A stretch of DNA of 61,038 bases, the filler included, from Thelocarpon superellum (Eukaryota), in the NCBI GenBank assembly GCA_026025795.1. It is 7 parts of 7 records of this genome, joined end to end, with 100 filler letters (N's around TTAATTAATTAA, not from the genome) between each part and the next. Parts side by side here need not be neighbours in the genome. Positions count along the whole stretch, not along the records: positions 26,366 to 34,980 come from JAPEUG010000593.1; positions 35,081 to 43,687 come from JAPEUG010000594.1; 5 more parts are not named here. One strand, given 5' to 3'. Below the pieces are notes generated by a model that was not told where the DNA came from, did not search any database, and saw only the letters and a list, made by a program, of their open reading frames with translations. The position numbers and the translations under genes were made by a program. Below, one piece after another: positions 29,480-42,846 of the stretch. Positions within the stretch are counted from its first letter, which is position 1, and the number at the start of each line of letters is the position of its first letter.

Positions 29480-31395
29480 ATGCCGGACGCCGAAGACAAG
29501 GAGAAAGCCGAGAAGCTTGCGGCGGCCAAGAAACGGGTGAGCACCCCTCCGGACCTTCCCCAAGCCTCGACTGCCTTGGATGAGGAAGGCATCGGGTGGC
29601 TGTCTGGTGCAACGGTCCACTGACCCACGCTGTGCTTCTAGGTTGAGCAATTGAAAAAACAAAAGGGCAAGAAAGCAGGTCCAGAGAAGAAGAGCGACAA
29701 GCCAACGACGACTGCGGACCAAGGGACAAACAGCAGCGACGTCAAAGAGACCAAAAATGGCGGACCAGCACCTAATCAGGAGGCAGAGCCAGAGCAGGCC
29801 GAGAAGGCGGAGGAGGAGAAGTCGGGCACCCACGCCAAAGATGGCGGAAACGATAAAGTATCCACTCCGCACAAGACAACGCCGTCGCTCTCGCTCCAGT
29901 CCCGCATGCGTTCCACCTCATTCCGTCGCGGCTCGGGCTCACAGATCCCCCTGTCGCCCACCCTCCGCTCGCCGACGCTCGCGTCCATGAGCCCGGAGGG
30001 CGACGCCGTGACCGACATCTATCGGAAACAAGCCCGGCGGATCGACGAGCTCGAGAGCGACAACAAGCGTATGGAGAAGGACATGGCCGAGACCGAGCGA
30101 CGATGGCGGAAGACCGAAGCGGAGGTGGAAGAGCTCAGGGAGGCACAGGCGGAACTGGCCATCCTGAAAGATCGGGCATCGAAAGCAGAGGGGACAGAGG
30201 AGACCATGGACAAACTGGTGCGTATGTCTTGCTCGTCCGTGGCTCGATGGCTGTTGGCTGACCTTGTGAGCGCGGGCAGCGGCTGGAGATTGCATCGCTT
30301 CAACGTCAGAACGCGCACCTGCAGTCGCACAGCTCACGGTCGTCGCGTCACGCGTCATCGCCGAGCCAGACTGCATTACCCAGCGCCGTGTCGGAAATGG
30401 AGGACATGCTCGGCTCCAAATCCCGCACGATCGAGTCGATGGAGACGGAAATCTCCAACCTACGGGCGCAGCTCGGTCGGCATGCGTCCTCGTCTACGGC
30501 CCATCACGAGCAGGTTGCGGCGCTCGAGGAGAAGCTCGAACGAAGTGACAAGACGGCCGACCTCGCCCAGCGCCAATTGGTCGATCTCAAGAAAAGCCAT
30601 GACCGGACGAGTGAGCGCGCAGTCAGGGAAAGCAGCCAGCGCACCTCGGCCGAGACCCAGGTGCGAACCCTCGAGCGCGAGCTGGATGCCAGCAAGAAGA
30701 CGGTCGACGAGCTCTCCCACAAGTGCGACGCGCTCGAGAAGAAGAATCATACCCTGGCGGCCCTTCATAAAGAGTCCGACGGGCGCTCACACGCACGAAG
30801 CCGTGAACATGAAAAGGTCGAGAAGGAGATGTCGGAATTGAAGAAGAAATCGGCCTTGATGGATAACGAGATCCTGCAGCTCCGCGAAGAAAAGGAGCGG
30901 CTGAAGACGAAGCAGGCCGACGGAGCGGACGACGACGGCTTGGACGAGCTCGAAGACGAAGAGCGTGCCAAGCTCAAGAGCCGGATCCGCGAGTTGGAAG
31001 GAGAGGTGTTTGAGCTGAAGAAGGGTGTGTGGAAAGAGAAGCGCAAGGAGCTGGAGAGCGACGAGGGAGGCAGCAAGTTCGACGACATCGATCTCGGCGC
31101 TCCCCAGAGCCCCCGACGGAGCGTGCTGTCACGTGGCCAGGGCCTCTCGAACGTGCTCACGGATGGGCTGAGTGCGCTGACGGGCCGGGGCGGACCCCTC
31201 TCGCTGGTAGCGGACGACGAGGACTTTGCCTTTGACGAGGATGCCTTCCGGCAGGCACAGGAACAAGAGGGGCGGAGACGGGTGGAACGGGTCAAGGAGA
31301 TCAAGCGGGGCCTGAAGGAGTGGGAGGGCTGGCGACTGGACCTGGTCGAAAGTCGGGCCGGCGGGGGTGGGATCGGGGAGATCTTTGAGGTGTAA
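29480..31395 (+). CDS. Coiled-coil golgin, Bug1/GM130-like (GRASP-binding tether)
   Basis: Exons 29480-29536, 29642-30217 and 30280-31395. Basic N-terminus EKLAAAKKRVEQLKKQK, long heptad coiled coil, and C-terminal LKEWEGWRLDLVESRAGGGGIGEIFEV resembling the yeast Bug1 tail (WxxWxxD...G.I.E-hydrophobic). Confidence 0.75.
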
Positions 31396-31551
31396 TTCTC
31401 AAGGCGCCGCCTCTGTACGAGACTATTCTCCGCTGTATGCTGTCCACTGCGTGGAAACGACAGGGCCATTCATCTATCCATCTACACCGTCACAACGCCG
31501 CCACATGAAGAGTCATGTCCAGCGCCAAAGGAAGCGATGGTCGCTCATCCG

Positions 31552-32296
31552 TCACGTCGACCCTGTCGCGCTTGCCGTTTCTCTCCATCGTTTGATCCGG
31601 CGCCGGATGTCGGCCTCGGTCTGCTGCATGGGATTCAGGGCGCGATCTCGCACCATGCGCGCATGGTCATCGCCATACTTATCCACCAGTCTCTGCACCC
31701 ACTCCTGCTCGCGCTGGCTCAACTGCCTCGGCCGCTTGGGCACACTACGCTTGGCCTGCTCCTCCAGGGCGGCCACAACCGCCGTTCGCGCTTTTCCACC
31801 GGCTCGGCCCTGCGCGCCCGAGCTAGCATGGGTGGTCATCTCCATCTCTCCGTCGGAAGATAGCTCGGCGAGAGGATCATTCAGCGGATTCGCTTTGCCG
31901 GTCGCGGGGGGGTGGATGACGCGCAGGATGGAGCCATCGCTGGCACGCTCCACACGGACCGTGGTGGGGACAAGGGTGCGGGATGTGGCGGCTGGGATCT
32001 TGAGCGGGTCCCCGGCCGACGAGGACTCCTTGGTCGCGCTGGTCTGCTCGATCCCACCCGTAGATCCTTTGAGATGAGGCGTCAATCCCAGCCGGCGATA
32101 GTTCTGGCTGAGCGTTTGTGACTGGCTCCTGCTGGACGTTCAATAACTGTTCCCGTTTCTTCACGGTGGGGCCATGTGCGAACCAATTTGATGCCACCAC
32201 GGCACTTCCACGCACGATGACCTTTTTGGACTTGGGCTTCTGGCGGACTTTGTTGATCGATGACCGATTCTTCTTTTTCTGGAGCTCGCGGCCCAT
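31552..32296 (-). CDS. NOP16: Nucleolar protein 16 (60S biogenesis)
   Basis: MGRELQKKKNRSS...VVASNW|SQSQTLSQNYRRLGL...RQLSQREQEWVQRLVDKYGDDHARMVRDRALNPMQQTEADIRRRI; one intron at ~32132-32183. Confidence 0.93.
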
Positions 32297-32491
32297 GATG
32301 TGTACTGGACCTGGTGCGTGAAGGTGAAGTGACTCGGGATGCCCCAGTAATCGCCCGTGGGTTGTGCTGGAGCTGATCATTTCGGCGGCTGAGGTCGAAT
32401 CAACCACCGTAGACCTGACACACCGGAGCGCTCCACGTTGGCCGACGGGACTGTGGTGCTTTCGTATACATCGCACGCTCGGGCGCGATCA

Positions 32492-34005
32492 ATGGCTACG
32501 ATGGCACGATTCCGATATCGAAATATGTTTGCCCCTTCACGAGTCGCTCTGGTGACGGTTTGGATGTCGATCTTGGCCCTCCAGGTGCTGGCCAGGGAGA
32601 CGGAAAAACATGCGGGCGTGGCGTTTCTGACGGTTCCGGAGATCGAGGACAAGTTACAGGTAGTGGATTTCTGGAAGGACTCCTTCATTCCCTCAGGGCA
32701 AGTTCACTTCCTAATGACTTGAGATGTACAGGAATGTGAACTCGTCCAAGCCCTCAACGCGCACAAGATCGAGGCTCATCCCCCGACCTCGACCTTCTTG
32801 TCGCGCGCATTCGCTGTTCTCTTCCCTGGATCTCCCGCGGTCAACGCCTTGCTTGCGACTCTTTACATTTCTGGACCTCCTAGTACGTTTCTGAGAATGT
32901 TCCACGTCTCTTCCGTGCTAACAACTGCGTCTATAGACTTCCTGCTCGCATTATGTCCTCCCGACATCGATCCGTCATCCCTCAGCGTCATGGTTGCCTT
33001 TGCCGTTGGCGGGCTCTTAGGAGACACCTTGTTCCACCTCCTCCCGGAGATCTTCCTCGGAGAAGACAGTCCAGAGCATGTGCGATTTGTGCTGGTCGAG
33101 CCGAATCGAAATCTATTGCTGGGGGTGGCCATCATCATTGGCTTCGTCACCTTCGTGGCCATGGACAAGGGATTGCGGATTGCGACGGGTGGGGATGGCG
33201 GGCACAGCCATGGCCACAGTGACGAGAAATCCAGCCAACGCTCGACGAGCGTGACCACCGGTGTTGACTCCGCCTCGCCTGGGGAGCTGAAGAAGCGGAA
33301 GAAAGGAGAGAAGCACCAGGCGACCGACGAGCACACGCTCGAGCAGAAGGACCCAAACGCCAGCGTCAAGCTCGGGGGCTACCTCAATCTGATGTATGTC
33401 CCTGCCGCCGTTGCCCTTCCACCAACTGACACATGCCCACAGTGCAGACTGCAGCCACAACATTACTGATGGGCTTGCCCTTTCATCCTCCTTCTATGCC
33501 TCGCCCACCATCGGCGCCACCACGACGGTCGCCATCTTCTTCCACGAGATACCGCACGAGGTTGGCGATTTTGCCCTTCTGATTCAGTCGGGGTTCAGCA
33601 AGCGGGCAGCGATGGGGGCACAGTTCCTGACGGCTCTGGGCGCCCTGCTCGGGACGCTCATCGGGATCGCGGTACAGGAATACGGCGGGTCGCAGCATGA
33701 TTCGCTGGGCGAAGGTGCCTTGACTGGGGCGGGCCAGGCCTCGGGTCTATTTGGCACGAGTCTCCAGTGGGGCGACATGTTGCTTCCCTTCACGGCTGGT
33801 ACCTTCCTCTACGTGGGCACGGTCGCGGTGATTCCGGAATTGTTGGAGACGGGGCCGGACAAGGGCAAGGAATTGCGCAAGACGGTTACGCAGTTCCTGG
33901 CCCTGGCTGCTGGGGCGGGGATTATGTTGTTGTGAGTTCACTCCCTCCCCTCTTACTGTAATGGAACGCTTCTGACAATGCCCACGCAGTATTTCCTGGT
34001 CTTGA
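32492..34005 (+). CDS. YKE4: ZIP-family zinc transporter, ZIP7/KE4 subfamily
   Basis: LLATLYISGPPNFLL, AFAVGGLLGDTLFHLLPE, GHSHGH loop, GYLNL|xADCSHNITDG, FFHEIPHEVGDFALL, LPFTAGTFLYV. Several introns; the last micro-exon ISWS ends at 34005. Start is ATG 32492 or 32501. Confidence 0.92.
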
Positions 34006-34853
34006 GGGAAGAAGTTCCCATGTATAAACAGCCTTGTACGATGACGGGTAGATAGATAGACACGCAGCAGCACCTACTGCTTGAAGGAGGTGGATGAAAG
34101 AAGTAGTGATGTACCCATGTATCATATCAATGCCACGGGCCAGTATTGTTCCCGGTATCAACCGCGTTCTGTCCGACATAGACGGGGCCCCCCACCATCG
34201 TGACAGCTGGCGCAGTAGTCCATGGTAAACCAGCAGTGGGCATCAGTCTTGTAGCTCCCACACTAACATCGCGGATTGGCGGAGATGTTGTGGACACTGG
34301 ACGAAGGTGAAGAACCAATATGCGTCAGCCACGCACAGGGGCTGGTCAACAATCAAACGTTGACGTAGATACGTCGACGGTTATTCTTATGTATCTTCAG
34401 CCTGGTAGCTCAAGTTGAAAAAAGTCCATGGACAGAGAAGCAGCAAAGCGTGAGTGAAAACCCACATGGGCGAAGTTGCGGCCGAGGACGACCTACCCAT
34501 TCAGCATATCCGCCGCCTTGTGGGCATTATAAGGCGTGCCCGTGTCGCAGGAGTCATAAGCGGTGCAACGGCCCGCGACGCGTGAGGTGTAATTGGTTAA
34601 CACGTCATCGCACCCTCACACGCTTCCAGGTGGACAAGAGCCGTTGACCGGCTGGGCGTCATGGGCGCATTGGAAGCGCGCGGTGGCCGCGGAGCAGTCG
34701 TTGGCGTGCAGGAGGGGGCAGAGCAAGCTTCCCTGGCATAGAACGGAGTTGCTGCCGCTGATTAGTGGATCAGGAGAAGGAGCTAGCGAGCTCAGATGCA
34801 GGAGGAGGCTGAGGCTGAGGCTGAGGCTGGGGTAGATGTAGAGGTAAAGGGAG

Positions 34854-34980
34854 GTGGATGTGGATGTGGATGTGGATGTGGATGTGGATGTGGATGTGGA
34901 TGTGGATGTGGATGTGGATGTGGATGTGGATGTGGATGTGGATGTGGATGTGGATGTGGATGTGGATGTGGATGTGGATG
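34854..34980. repeat. (GTGGAT)n microsatellite, ~21 copies, at the contig end
   Basis: A perfect hexamer array running into the linker, preceded by (GAGGCT)4 at 34805-34828. Confidence 0.97.
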
Positions 34981-35080
34981 NNNNNNNNNNNNNNNNNNNN
35001 NNNNNNNNNNNNNNNNNNNNNNNNTTAATTAATTAANNNNNNNNNNNNNNNNNNNNNNNNNNNNNNNNNNNNNNNNNNNN
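34981..35080. other. Artificial contig linker
   Basis: N44-TTAATTAATTAA-N44. Confidence 0.98.
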
Positions 35081-35265
35081 CAAACACATCTCGGTCACGG
35101 AATTTTGACATGCCTACTCCGCTCCCCGCGCTTTGTCTCGCTCGGCAGGCAGATGTGTCGATAATCGCTGGGACTGACCACAATCCCGACCCTTCAGCTC
35201 CAGCTCCAGCTCCAGCTTGTCCTCCACTTACATTGAGTTTGCTGTTTGTCCCCTCCCCGTGCCAT
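35081..35265 (-). CDS. Possible 5' fragment of a gene divergent from ARP6, truncated at the contig edge
   Basis: ATG 35265 (MARGGDKQQTQ), a perfect GTAAGT donor at 35231, a TAG acceptor near 35114, then an open frame (CMSKFRDRDVF) to the edge. Confidence 0.3.
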
Positions 35266-35719
35266 ACATCATGTGCTTGTTGTGGGAGATGAAGATCGGG
35301 CTGGCGGTATCGTAGATTTCGTAACTCGCTTGATCACCGGGGCTTGGTCGAGGTCGTCGACGCAGGTGACGGCAACGCTCTCTGTCGGGATCAAGCGCTG
35401 TGCGATTGGGCGACGGTGCCAGAATCGGCGCGCTGACGGTCTGACGCGCTGACGCTCAGGGTGGCATGGGGTTCACCGACCCAGGCCGGCTCAAAGCTCG
35501 CTTAAACCCGCGGGTTGACCTTCTCTTTGTGTGATGCACAGGAAGGACTTGGACTTTGTGTATCTAGCGATGTTTTCACCAGGACAGTCTTGACTATCAT
35601 TTTCGTGCCGGAGTGTCAACCACTCTTCAATGTGACCAGAATGAGTCAAATCACTCAACACCCCGGCGGACACTAAAGGTGTTCACGATGTAGGGAAAAG
35701 AAGAGACTCATGCACCAGT

Positions 35720-37527
35720 ATGCCACGCCAAACGAAAAACACGGGTCGATCCATCCCCACACAGACGCTGATTATCGATAATGGAGGCTACACGATCAAA
35801 GCGGGCTGGGCCAAGGAGAACCCCGACGTGGAGAAAGATTGCCATGTGATACCCAACTGCATGGCACGAGGACGGGACAAACGGGTGTGGATCGCGGGAC
35901 AAATAGAGAGCTGTCGAGATTTCGGAGAGATGGCCTTTCGACGACCGGTGGAGAAGGGATATCTCGTCAACTGGGAAGCGGAGAAGGAGATATGGGACCA
36001 CACGTTTTTTGACAAGAATGCGAAGCTCAAGGTGGGATCACTGCATGGCCGTGAAGGTTGAGACGAGCTGTGTGGCTGATGGGCGGCTCAGTGTGATCCT
36101 CACGAGGCCAACCTGATCCTGACCGAGGCGCTAAATGCTCCTGCGTCGCTGCAGACAAATTGCGACCAGATGATATTCGAGGAGTATGAATTTGCTGCTT
36201 ATTATCGATGTGCCGGTTGGTGGTCTCTCATCTCGCACCTTTTCCCCTCTTTCCTTTCCTTTGTGACTATATTTTCGTGTCGACTTTGACGACATGTCCT
36301 GATAATCGTCTTCATCATCAGGACCACCATTGAACGCCTACAACGACATTCAAGCCGTCTACGCCCACGCAAGAGCTGCGCCACAAACACCGGACTCGAC
36401 CTTTCCAAGCACAGAATGCGTGCTTGTGGTCGACTCCGGCTTCTCACACACAACTGTCACGCCCGTCCTACGAGGCCAAGCGATCCAGGGCTCGGTCCGA
36501 CGACTCGACATCGGCGGCAAACTACTCACTAACTATCTCAAGGAACTCGTCTCCATCCGGCACTACAACATGATGGACGAGACGTACCTGATGAACCAAG
36601 TCAAGGAAGCCGCATGCTACATCAGCCTGGACTTCGAGCGCGATCTGGCGCGGGCGTGGAAGGGCGGGGTTGGCGACCAACGCCGCCAGCCGGACCCGTC
36701 CGTTGTCATCGACTACGTCCTGCCTGATTACGACACGCATAAGAAGGGATTCGTAAGGGCCCATGACACGACCTCCACCAGAGCAACGGGCAGAGCCGAC
36801 GCCAGAGAAGGAGGGGCTGCGTCAAATCGCCACCGCCACCACCTCCACGCGCCCTCTGCCACGACCGAGACGCACGAGGATGCCATGACGCTGGGAAACG
36901 AGCGCTTTGCTGTCCCCGAACTCCTCTTCACCCCCGGCGACGTCGGGATGAAACAGGCGGGGATACCACAGCTGATCATGCAGTCTCTAAGCACCCTGCC
37001 CGGCGGTCTTTGGCCAGCCATGTTGGCGAACGTGTACGTTGTCGGTGGGAATGCGCTCATTGAGGGATTTGTCCAGAGACTGTGAGTTTGCTCCAAGAGT
37101 TCCAGATCATCCATGAGTGGTATCACAATCGGTACGGGTCGAATGAATGCTGATTGTTCGATGCAAAGAGAGAAGGATCTCCGGCCCTTGACGCCCTCAG
37201 AATGCGTCGTGAGGGTCGCGAAAGCGAAAGAGTTAGTTCATCTTCCCCGTTCTTCCTCTTCGATCTCCACTCTTCATCATCCGCAAGGATAACGGAGGGT
37301 GGACGAGGGTGGAACCGAAGGGTACACGAAGAACACAAGCTAATCATACCCCCCTGCTCAATAAAAGACCAGTCCGATCAACCTGGGCAGGCGGCAGCTC
37401 TCTCGCAAGCCATGGCAATGGCGCAATAGTGAAGGACCTCGTCGTGACCAAGGCCGAATACGCTGAATATGGCGCTGGATGGGTCGCTAGGAAGTTTGCG
37501 ACGCCCGGGGGTGTTCTGGCGATATGA
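35720..37527 (+). CDS. ARP6: Actin-related protein 6 (SWR1 complex)
   Basis: TLIIDNGGYTIKAG...VIPNCMAR...FRRPVEKGYLVNWEAEKEIWD, LILTE, CDQMIFEEY, VVDSGFSHT, RLDIGGKLLTNYLKELVSIRHYNMMDETY, LGNERFAVPELLF, TWAGG, VTKAEYAEYG; multi-exon. Confidence 0.95.
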
Positions 37528-37729
37528 AACCGGCCACTTGTTCTTCCTCTTTCCCTTTCACTCTCTCTGCCCACTCTTCTTCTTCATTTCCATGAGTCGA
37601 GTCGAGTTGAGCTGAGTCGAGATGGAGCCTCCATTTCTATCCTATGTATATCCATTATGCTTGTATGTCCACGAATCACCCCCCTCTCCCGCCTCACGTC
37701 CGTCTATGTCTGATGATGCCTCTATATCC

Positions 37730-40700
37730 CTATCCGAGCATGTCTTCGATGAATCTATCTTCAACGGTCGGTCTGCGGCGAGAATGATTCCGTTGGCGTC
37801 GATTTGGAGGCGGAGTGATGAAGTCGTTCTCGTCGTGGCGGCGGCTGCTGCTGCCAGAAGGCCGTCGAAGTGGGGAGGTCACTTCTGAATCCAAGACCTA
37901 TCATCCCCGTTAGCTGCTTCACCTATCACGTTCCCCGTCCTATCACCGGTGCGAGAGGGTGGAACGGATGCTCACATCAACCAACCCCCTGGCGAAAATC
38001 TCCCTGGCCCGCACGTCCGCGAGATATCCACCTTCGCGGTCACCCCTCTTGGAGAGATCTTGAAAGGCGGACGTGAGGAGTCGGTCGAGTGCCTTTTTGA
38101 ATTCCACCACCGTCTTCAACGCTCGGCCGTCCGCTCGATCAGTGACATAGAATGGCAGCCAGCCGTCCATCTCGAGAATCTTGCGGCTCATCTGTGCGTT
38201 CCCTCGTAGGCGACCGCCAAACAGTGCCGCCGTGAGCGGCGACGTGCGCGTGGTGTTACGGAGGAAGATGGCCTTGCCGTCCGTGCCGCGCGCCATCGTC
38301 GAGTATGTGAGGAGATTGCCCCGATGGAAATCCGATTCTTCCTGCCGACCCCGCGGATAGTTGATCGACGACGGGTGGATCATCGCGCCGATCTCGCCAG
38401 GGGTGCGATACATCCGTGGGCCCGCACCCACGGCGAGGTTCGGATGCATCCCCGCCAAGGCCAGCGCCTTGATCAGCCCCACCCGCGACGAGTTCTCGTT
38501 GAGCGACGGGTGTCCATATTCGATGGGGAACACGCCGCTGGGGGTATGGCGCGGGATAAGGCCGGCATCGACGAGAATCTGCTCAATCTGTTTCGCCGTC
38601 GCCTCGATCAGGCGAAAAGCCCCGGTGTGGATGAAGGATGAGTGCGCAAACCGGTTCAGCTCCATATATGCCGTCTGCAGCTTGGAGCTTGCCCGGCGTT
38701 CACGCATCTCACGCACGGCATTGATCAGCGCAATATGATCACTGCCGTCGTCGCCCGCAAACCGTCGCTTGGCTTGTTGTGCCTGCGAGCGAAGGTCGGG
38801 TGGGCTGGTGAACAGTCCTCGTTCTCCCGCCGCTGCCCCAAGGATCAACATCGGGTCCAAGCATCGGAAGATCACCCCAAGCACGATCATCTTGCCCAAA
38901 GCGGGATGGACGGGAAGCGACGCCAGAAGGCGTCCCAGAGGCGTCAATGCTTCGTTCTCCGTCAAGGCCTCGAGCCCTTGCAATGCCGTCACCGAGGTAT
39001 CCACCGCCCTAGGCGACGGCGGCTCAATGGCCTCGGCCAAGAACTGCCGGATCGGCATCTGGAAGGCCTGAGCCTTGATGTCGAGACAGATCTCCTGCAA
39101 ATCTGACCGAAGGATCTCGGGCAGTCCGATGGCGCGCATCGCCTCATATCGTGCTTGAGGAAAGAGGGCATAGTAGTGGCCATTCTGCACCCGGCCCGCA
39201 CGGCCCGCGCGTTGCTTGGAGTTGGACTTGCTGATCCACGTACACGGTAGCTTGGTGATGCGCCGGATGTGGTCGTATTGCTTCTCACGGAGCTTGCCCG
39301 TATCCACGACGTATCGCACGTCTGGGATCGTAATGGACGTCTCGGCAATGTTTGTGGCCAAGATGATCTTCCGACAACCTGGGGGGACCACGTTGAACAC
39401 GTCGGTTTGCGAGGCGGCTATAGAGGAATGGAGCAGGGAGAAGGAGAATTTGGACGCGTCGCCAAAGTCGACGCTCAGCGGCCGCTTCTCTCGCAAGAGC
39501 TGGGCGGTCTTGAGGATCTCGTCCAAGCCTGGCAGGAAGACCAAAATGGCACCCTCATCGCTTGTCTGGGCGATGTGCGCTACGGTCAAAGCCACTAAGC
39601 CTAGCGGTACCAAGCCGTCTTCGCGTTCCGTGGATGTAGATACCTCACCATCCGACGAGACGACGCGCCGTGTCTTCCAATCGATCGCCACCTCTCCGCT
39701 ATCCGCCCCCCCAATGTGCCGATGGATTCGACCCTGTTGCAGATCATGCTCGATCTGCAGATACGCCCGTGTATCGCGATCTTCATCTAGGAGGCGAAGC
39801 GCAGTCGAGTCGTGCTGCCGTAGGATAGCGAGAATCTCATCGAGATACTTTTCATGGACGGGAAAGGTGCGTCCTGGCACGGTGAGGGACGGGCAGGCGG
39901 TGCCAGATCCATCTTCGGAGGAACTCTGAAAGTATCCGGCGAAGAGATCTGTGTCCATGGTGGCACTCATCAGAACGACCTTCGGAGTGGACTTTCCCTC
40001 CCGCTGCCTTGTCGCCACGGCCTTCTTCAGGATGATGAGGAGGAAGTCGATAATAATATCGCGCTCGTGGACCTCGTCGATGACGAGATGGGAGATGCCG
40101 TCCATAATCTGATCGGGTCCATGTTGCAGCTGCTGCAAGAGGACGCCGGTGGTACAAAAGGTGATGCTCCCGCCCGGCTGGGGGAGTTTCGCATCAAATC
40201 GTACTTGGTAGCCGACGGACTGCTGAAGCGGCTCATTACGCTCTTCCGCCACGCGACGGGCAACGGACGTGGCGGCGATGCGTCGCGGCTGGGTGCATAC
40301 GATGTTGCACCTGGCCCCAGAGCCATCGATAATAGCCTTCTCCAGCAGGATCTGGGGCACCTGGGTCGTCTTGCCACTGCCCGTGGCGCCCACGATGATG
40401 CTGTAGGAGTTTCGATCCACAAGGTCAATGACCTGGGCACGGAAGTGGTTCATGGGTAGGTCGGCCCTTTTGCTCTGGAGCTCGTGCAAAGCCGGATCCT
40501 GAAGCATGGCGTCGTGGTGTTGTCGAAGCCGGGCGCTCTTCGCAGCGACCTGTTCGGACGAGAGTCGGCCGCGGGAGCGAACAGCTCGCGTCGCCTCGGG
40601 CACCTCTTCGGCAGGCACGTCCTCGAGCACATCCGATAGACCGGCCTGACGCACTTCATGAAGGGTCTCACGCATGATGACGACGGATTCATCATCGACG

Positions 40701-42128
40701 GAGAGATCAACGGGGGGTACAGGACGAAGAATCTCGCCGTTCCCGGCGCGGTGGGCTTGTTGAAAGGCCTCATACAGATACGGGTTGGCCTTCTTCAAGG
40801 CGATGGCGGCCGGTAGCAGGGCAAGTTCCTCTGCCTCCTTTTTCGTCGTCATCTCGACGGCCTCACCAATGGGCTCGCCATTCAAGAGGACCTGGGCGCG
40901 GTATGGCATGTTGCCCATCTTCTTTCTCCCCTCCACCTCTGCGCTTTCCACGTCAACCCGGGCGCCCTTGTTGCGCATCTTGTAGACGTCGAAGAAGCCT
41001 TTGGCGTTGGCAGTAGTGAGGACGGTAGCATCACGAATGACGATAGAGTCCGAGCCATTGGCAGCATGGTGCTTTTCGGCCTCGGCCTTGAACTTGATGG
41101 ATGCAGTAATCTCGGCCAGAAGGAACGTCGGCTCGTGGGCCGACACGTGAATGTTCTGTTCAGGCAGCGAGATCGTCACTGCCACCATTTTCCGTCCACC
41201 CGTACGCATGGACGGAGGTAGCGGCTCGACTTCAAATCGCGGGACGAGATCGAAGCGTGCGGCGTAATTGTAGACATCCGATTTTGCGTCCGCCTCGTCC
41301 TTAAGGGTCGTCTGGTCTAGGGCGCCGTAGAGCTTCCGGAGAGCGCCTGACTCATGTAGATGTGCGACGGCATTAAGGCTCGCCGCTTTTTGCGCGTAGA
41401 TTTTGTTCCAGCCATCACCAATGGCGGTGAAGGCCTCGCCGGATGCCAGGGTTCCGCTCAGGGTGCACCGCCGATTTCGGCCGTCCGGCATCAGTGCAAA
41501 GGATGCCTCGAGGTGACAGATCTTGTGTAAGAACTTGACGAAGCTGCCTTCAGGTGGCGAGAAGAGGACGGTGGGTGCGGTGGGACAGTCTTTCTTAGTG
41601 GGGAAGCTCCGGGTGCGGCGAATGTACCGATGATCCTCTAGCCCCTGTGGGTTCCCATACCGTTCACGGCGTACAGGGAGCGGATCCAGATTGGCTACTC
41701 TAGGATCCAGTGGAGGGAGTAGCTTCTGTTTCCTGGCCTGCTTCTTCAACTTGATCATTCGCGAGCGACTGAGGACCTTGGGCTCTGAAGGCGCGGCGGC
41801 TTTTGCCGTGGCCATCGCGGGGGCTGTGGCTGGAATTGGTGCCGTGGCAGAACCTCTGATGTCCGCACGCGGCTGTTGACGCAAAGACAACAGCGCGGTT
41901 TCGACGGTGTCATGGTTCGGCCGGACTCGATCCTGCTGCACGGTCGAGTACGTCCGACAAGAGGCTCGTGCCGACGCATGGCCCGGCGGTCCGGGCGGTG
42001 CATAGAGAGGGGCGGCTCTGCGAGGGACGAGGCATCGACAGAAGAGCTACAAGCACTCCCTTTTAGCTTCATGTGATGCATTGGAGGAGATCCGGGCTCA
42101 TGGGTCCACGCACGATAGCCTTTTTCAT
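37730..42128 (-). CDS. DEAH/RHA-family RNA helicase (DHX30/DHX36/DHX57 group) with N-terminal dsRBD-like repeats and a probable mitochondrial presequence
   Basis: GATGSGKTTQVPQ, CTQPRRIAATSVARRVAEER, DEVHER, MSAT, GAILVFLPG, ATNIAETSITI, QRAGRAGR, HA2 and OB-fold regions. Inferred micro-exon MKKAI (42128-42114) with intron 42047-42113, and a last exon after a GTGAGC...CTAAC...TAG intron ending at 37730. Confidence 0.9.
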
Positions 42129-42846
42129 CTTGGCGGCCGCCTAGCGACAGAGCACCGGCTACGCAAAGATGCAATGCAGGACGAAATCAAGGTGGAGTAC
42201 GCGGACATGGTCTGCACTCGACCGAAAAGGTGTTGGCGAATGCGAGAGACCTCCCGGACGTGATCAAGCCAAGAGAGCGTGGAATGTGAAACCTGTCGGG
42301 CATGATCGAGGCAAGGAACTGTGGAGGAGCGAAGTAGAGCGGGAGGACTCCCAAATAATTATTTCTCCTCTGCTTCGCTTCGTCCCTGATAGCTTACGGC
42401 GACTTTCTGTGATTGATTGGCGAGACGCGAGGACGTTCGGGACCTGAGAAATTTCCGTCGCCAATCAAGTGCTGCTAATTAGCGCGATCACTTACTTTGG
42501 TTGTTTCGCCTTTCGCCCTTCGCCTTTCGCCTGTCACCTGTCCTTGCCGACATGACCGGGTTTGCCATCGGTTCGATGCCCCAAAGTAACCCAAATCTGC
42601 TCTTTACACGCATAAAGTCCACGTTCAGAAAGAATACAATGACATCGTCCATCTAGATTGACCGAGTGGAGACTACCTTCGCGCCGGTTATGTTCAGTAA
42701 CGATAGTTCATGATACATGGGTCGAGCAAAATCGCCGCTGCCAGCGCCTTCGCCTCCCGCCAAAAGACCAAGGGCGACACCAAGATTCGCCCATCAACGA
42801 GATGTCCATTACTTGGCATGGGACTCCCTCACCGAAATATCCATCA

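Noticed and set aside
34854..34980. Telomere, or poly-(DV)/(GC) ORFs, at the contig end
   Set aside because: The unit GTGGAT is not the TTAGGG-type telomere repeat expected for Pezizomycotina, and a simple microsatellite explains both the ORFs and the assembly break.
42560..42590. GGTTCGAT as a tRNA T-loop
   Set aside because: No cloverleaf, acceptor stem or A-box can be built around it.
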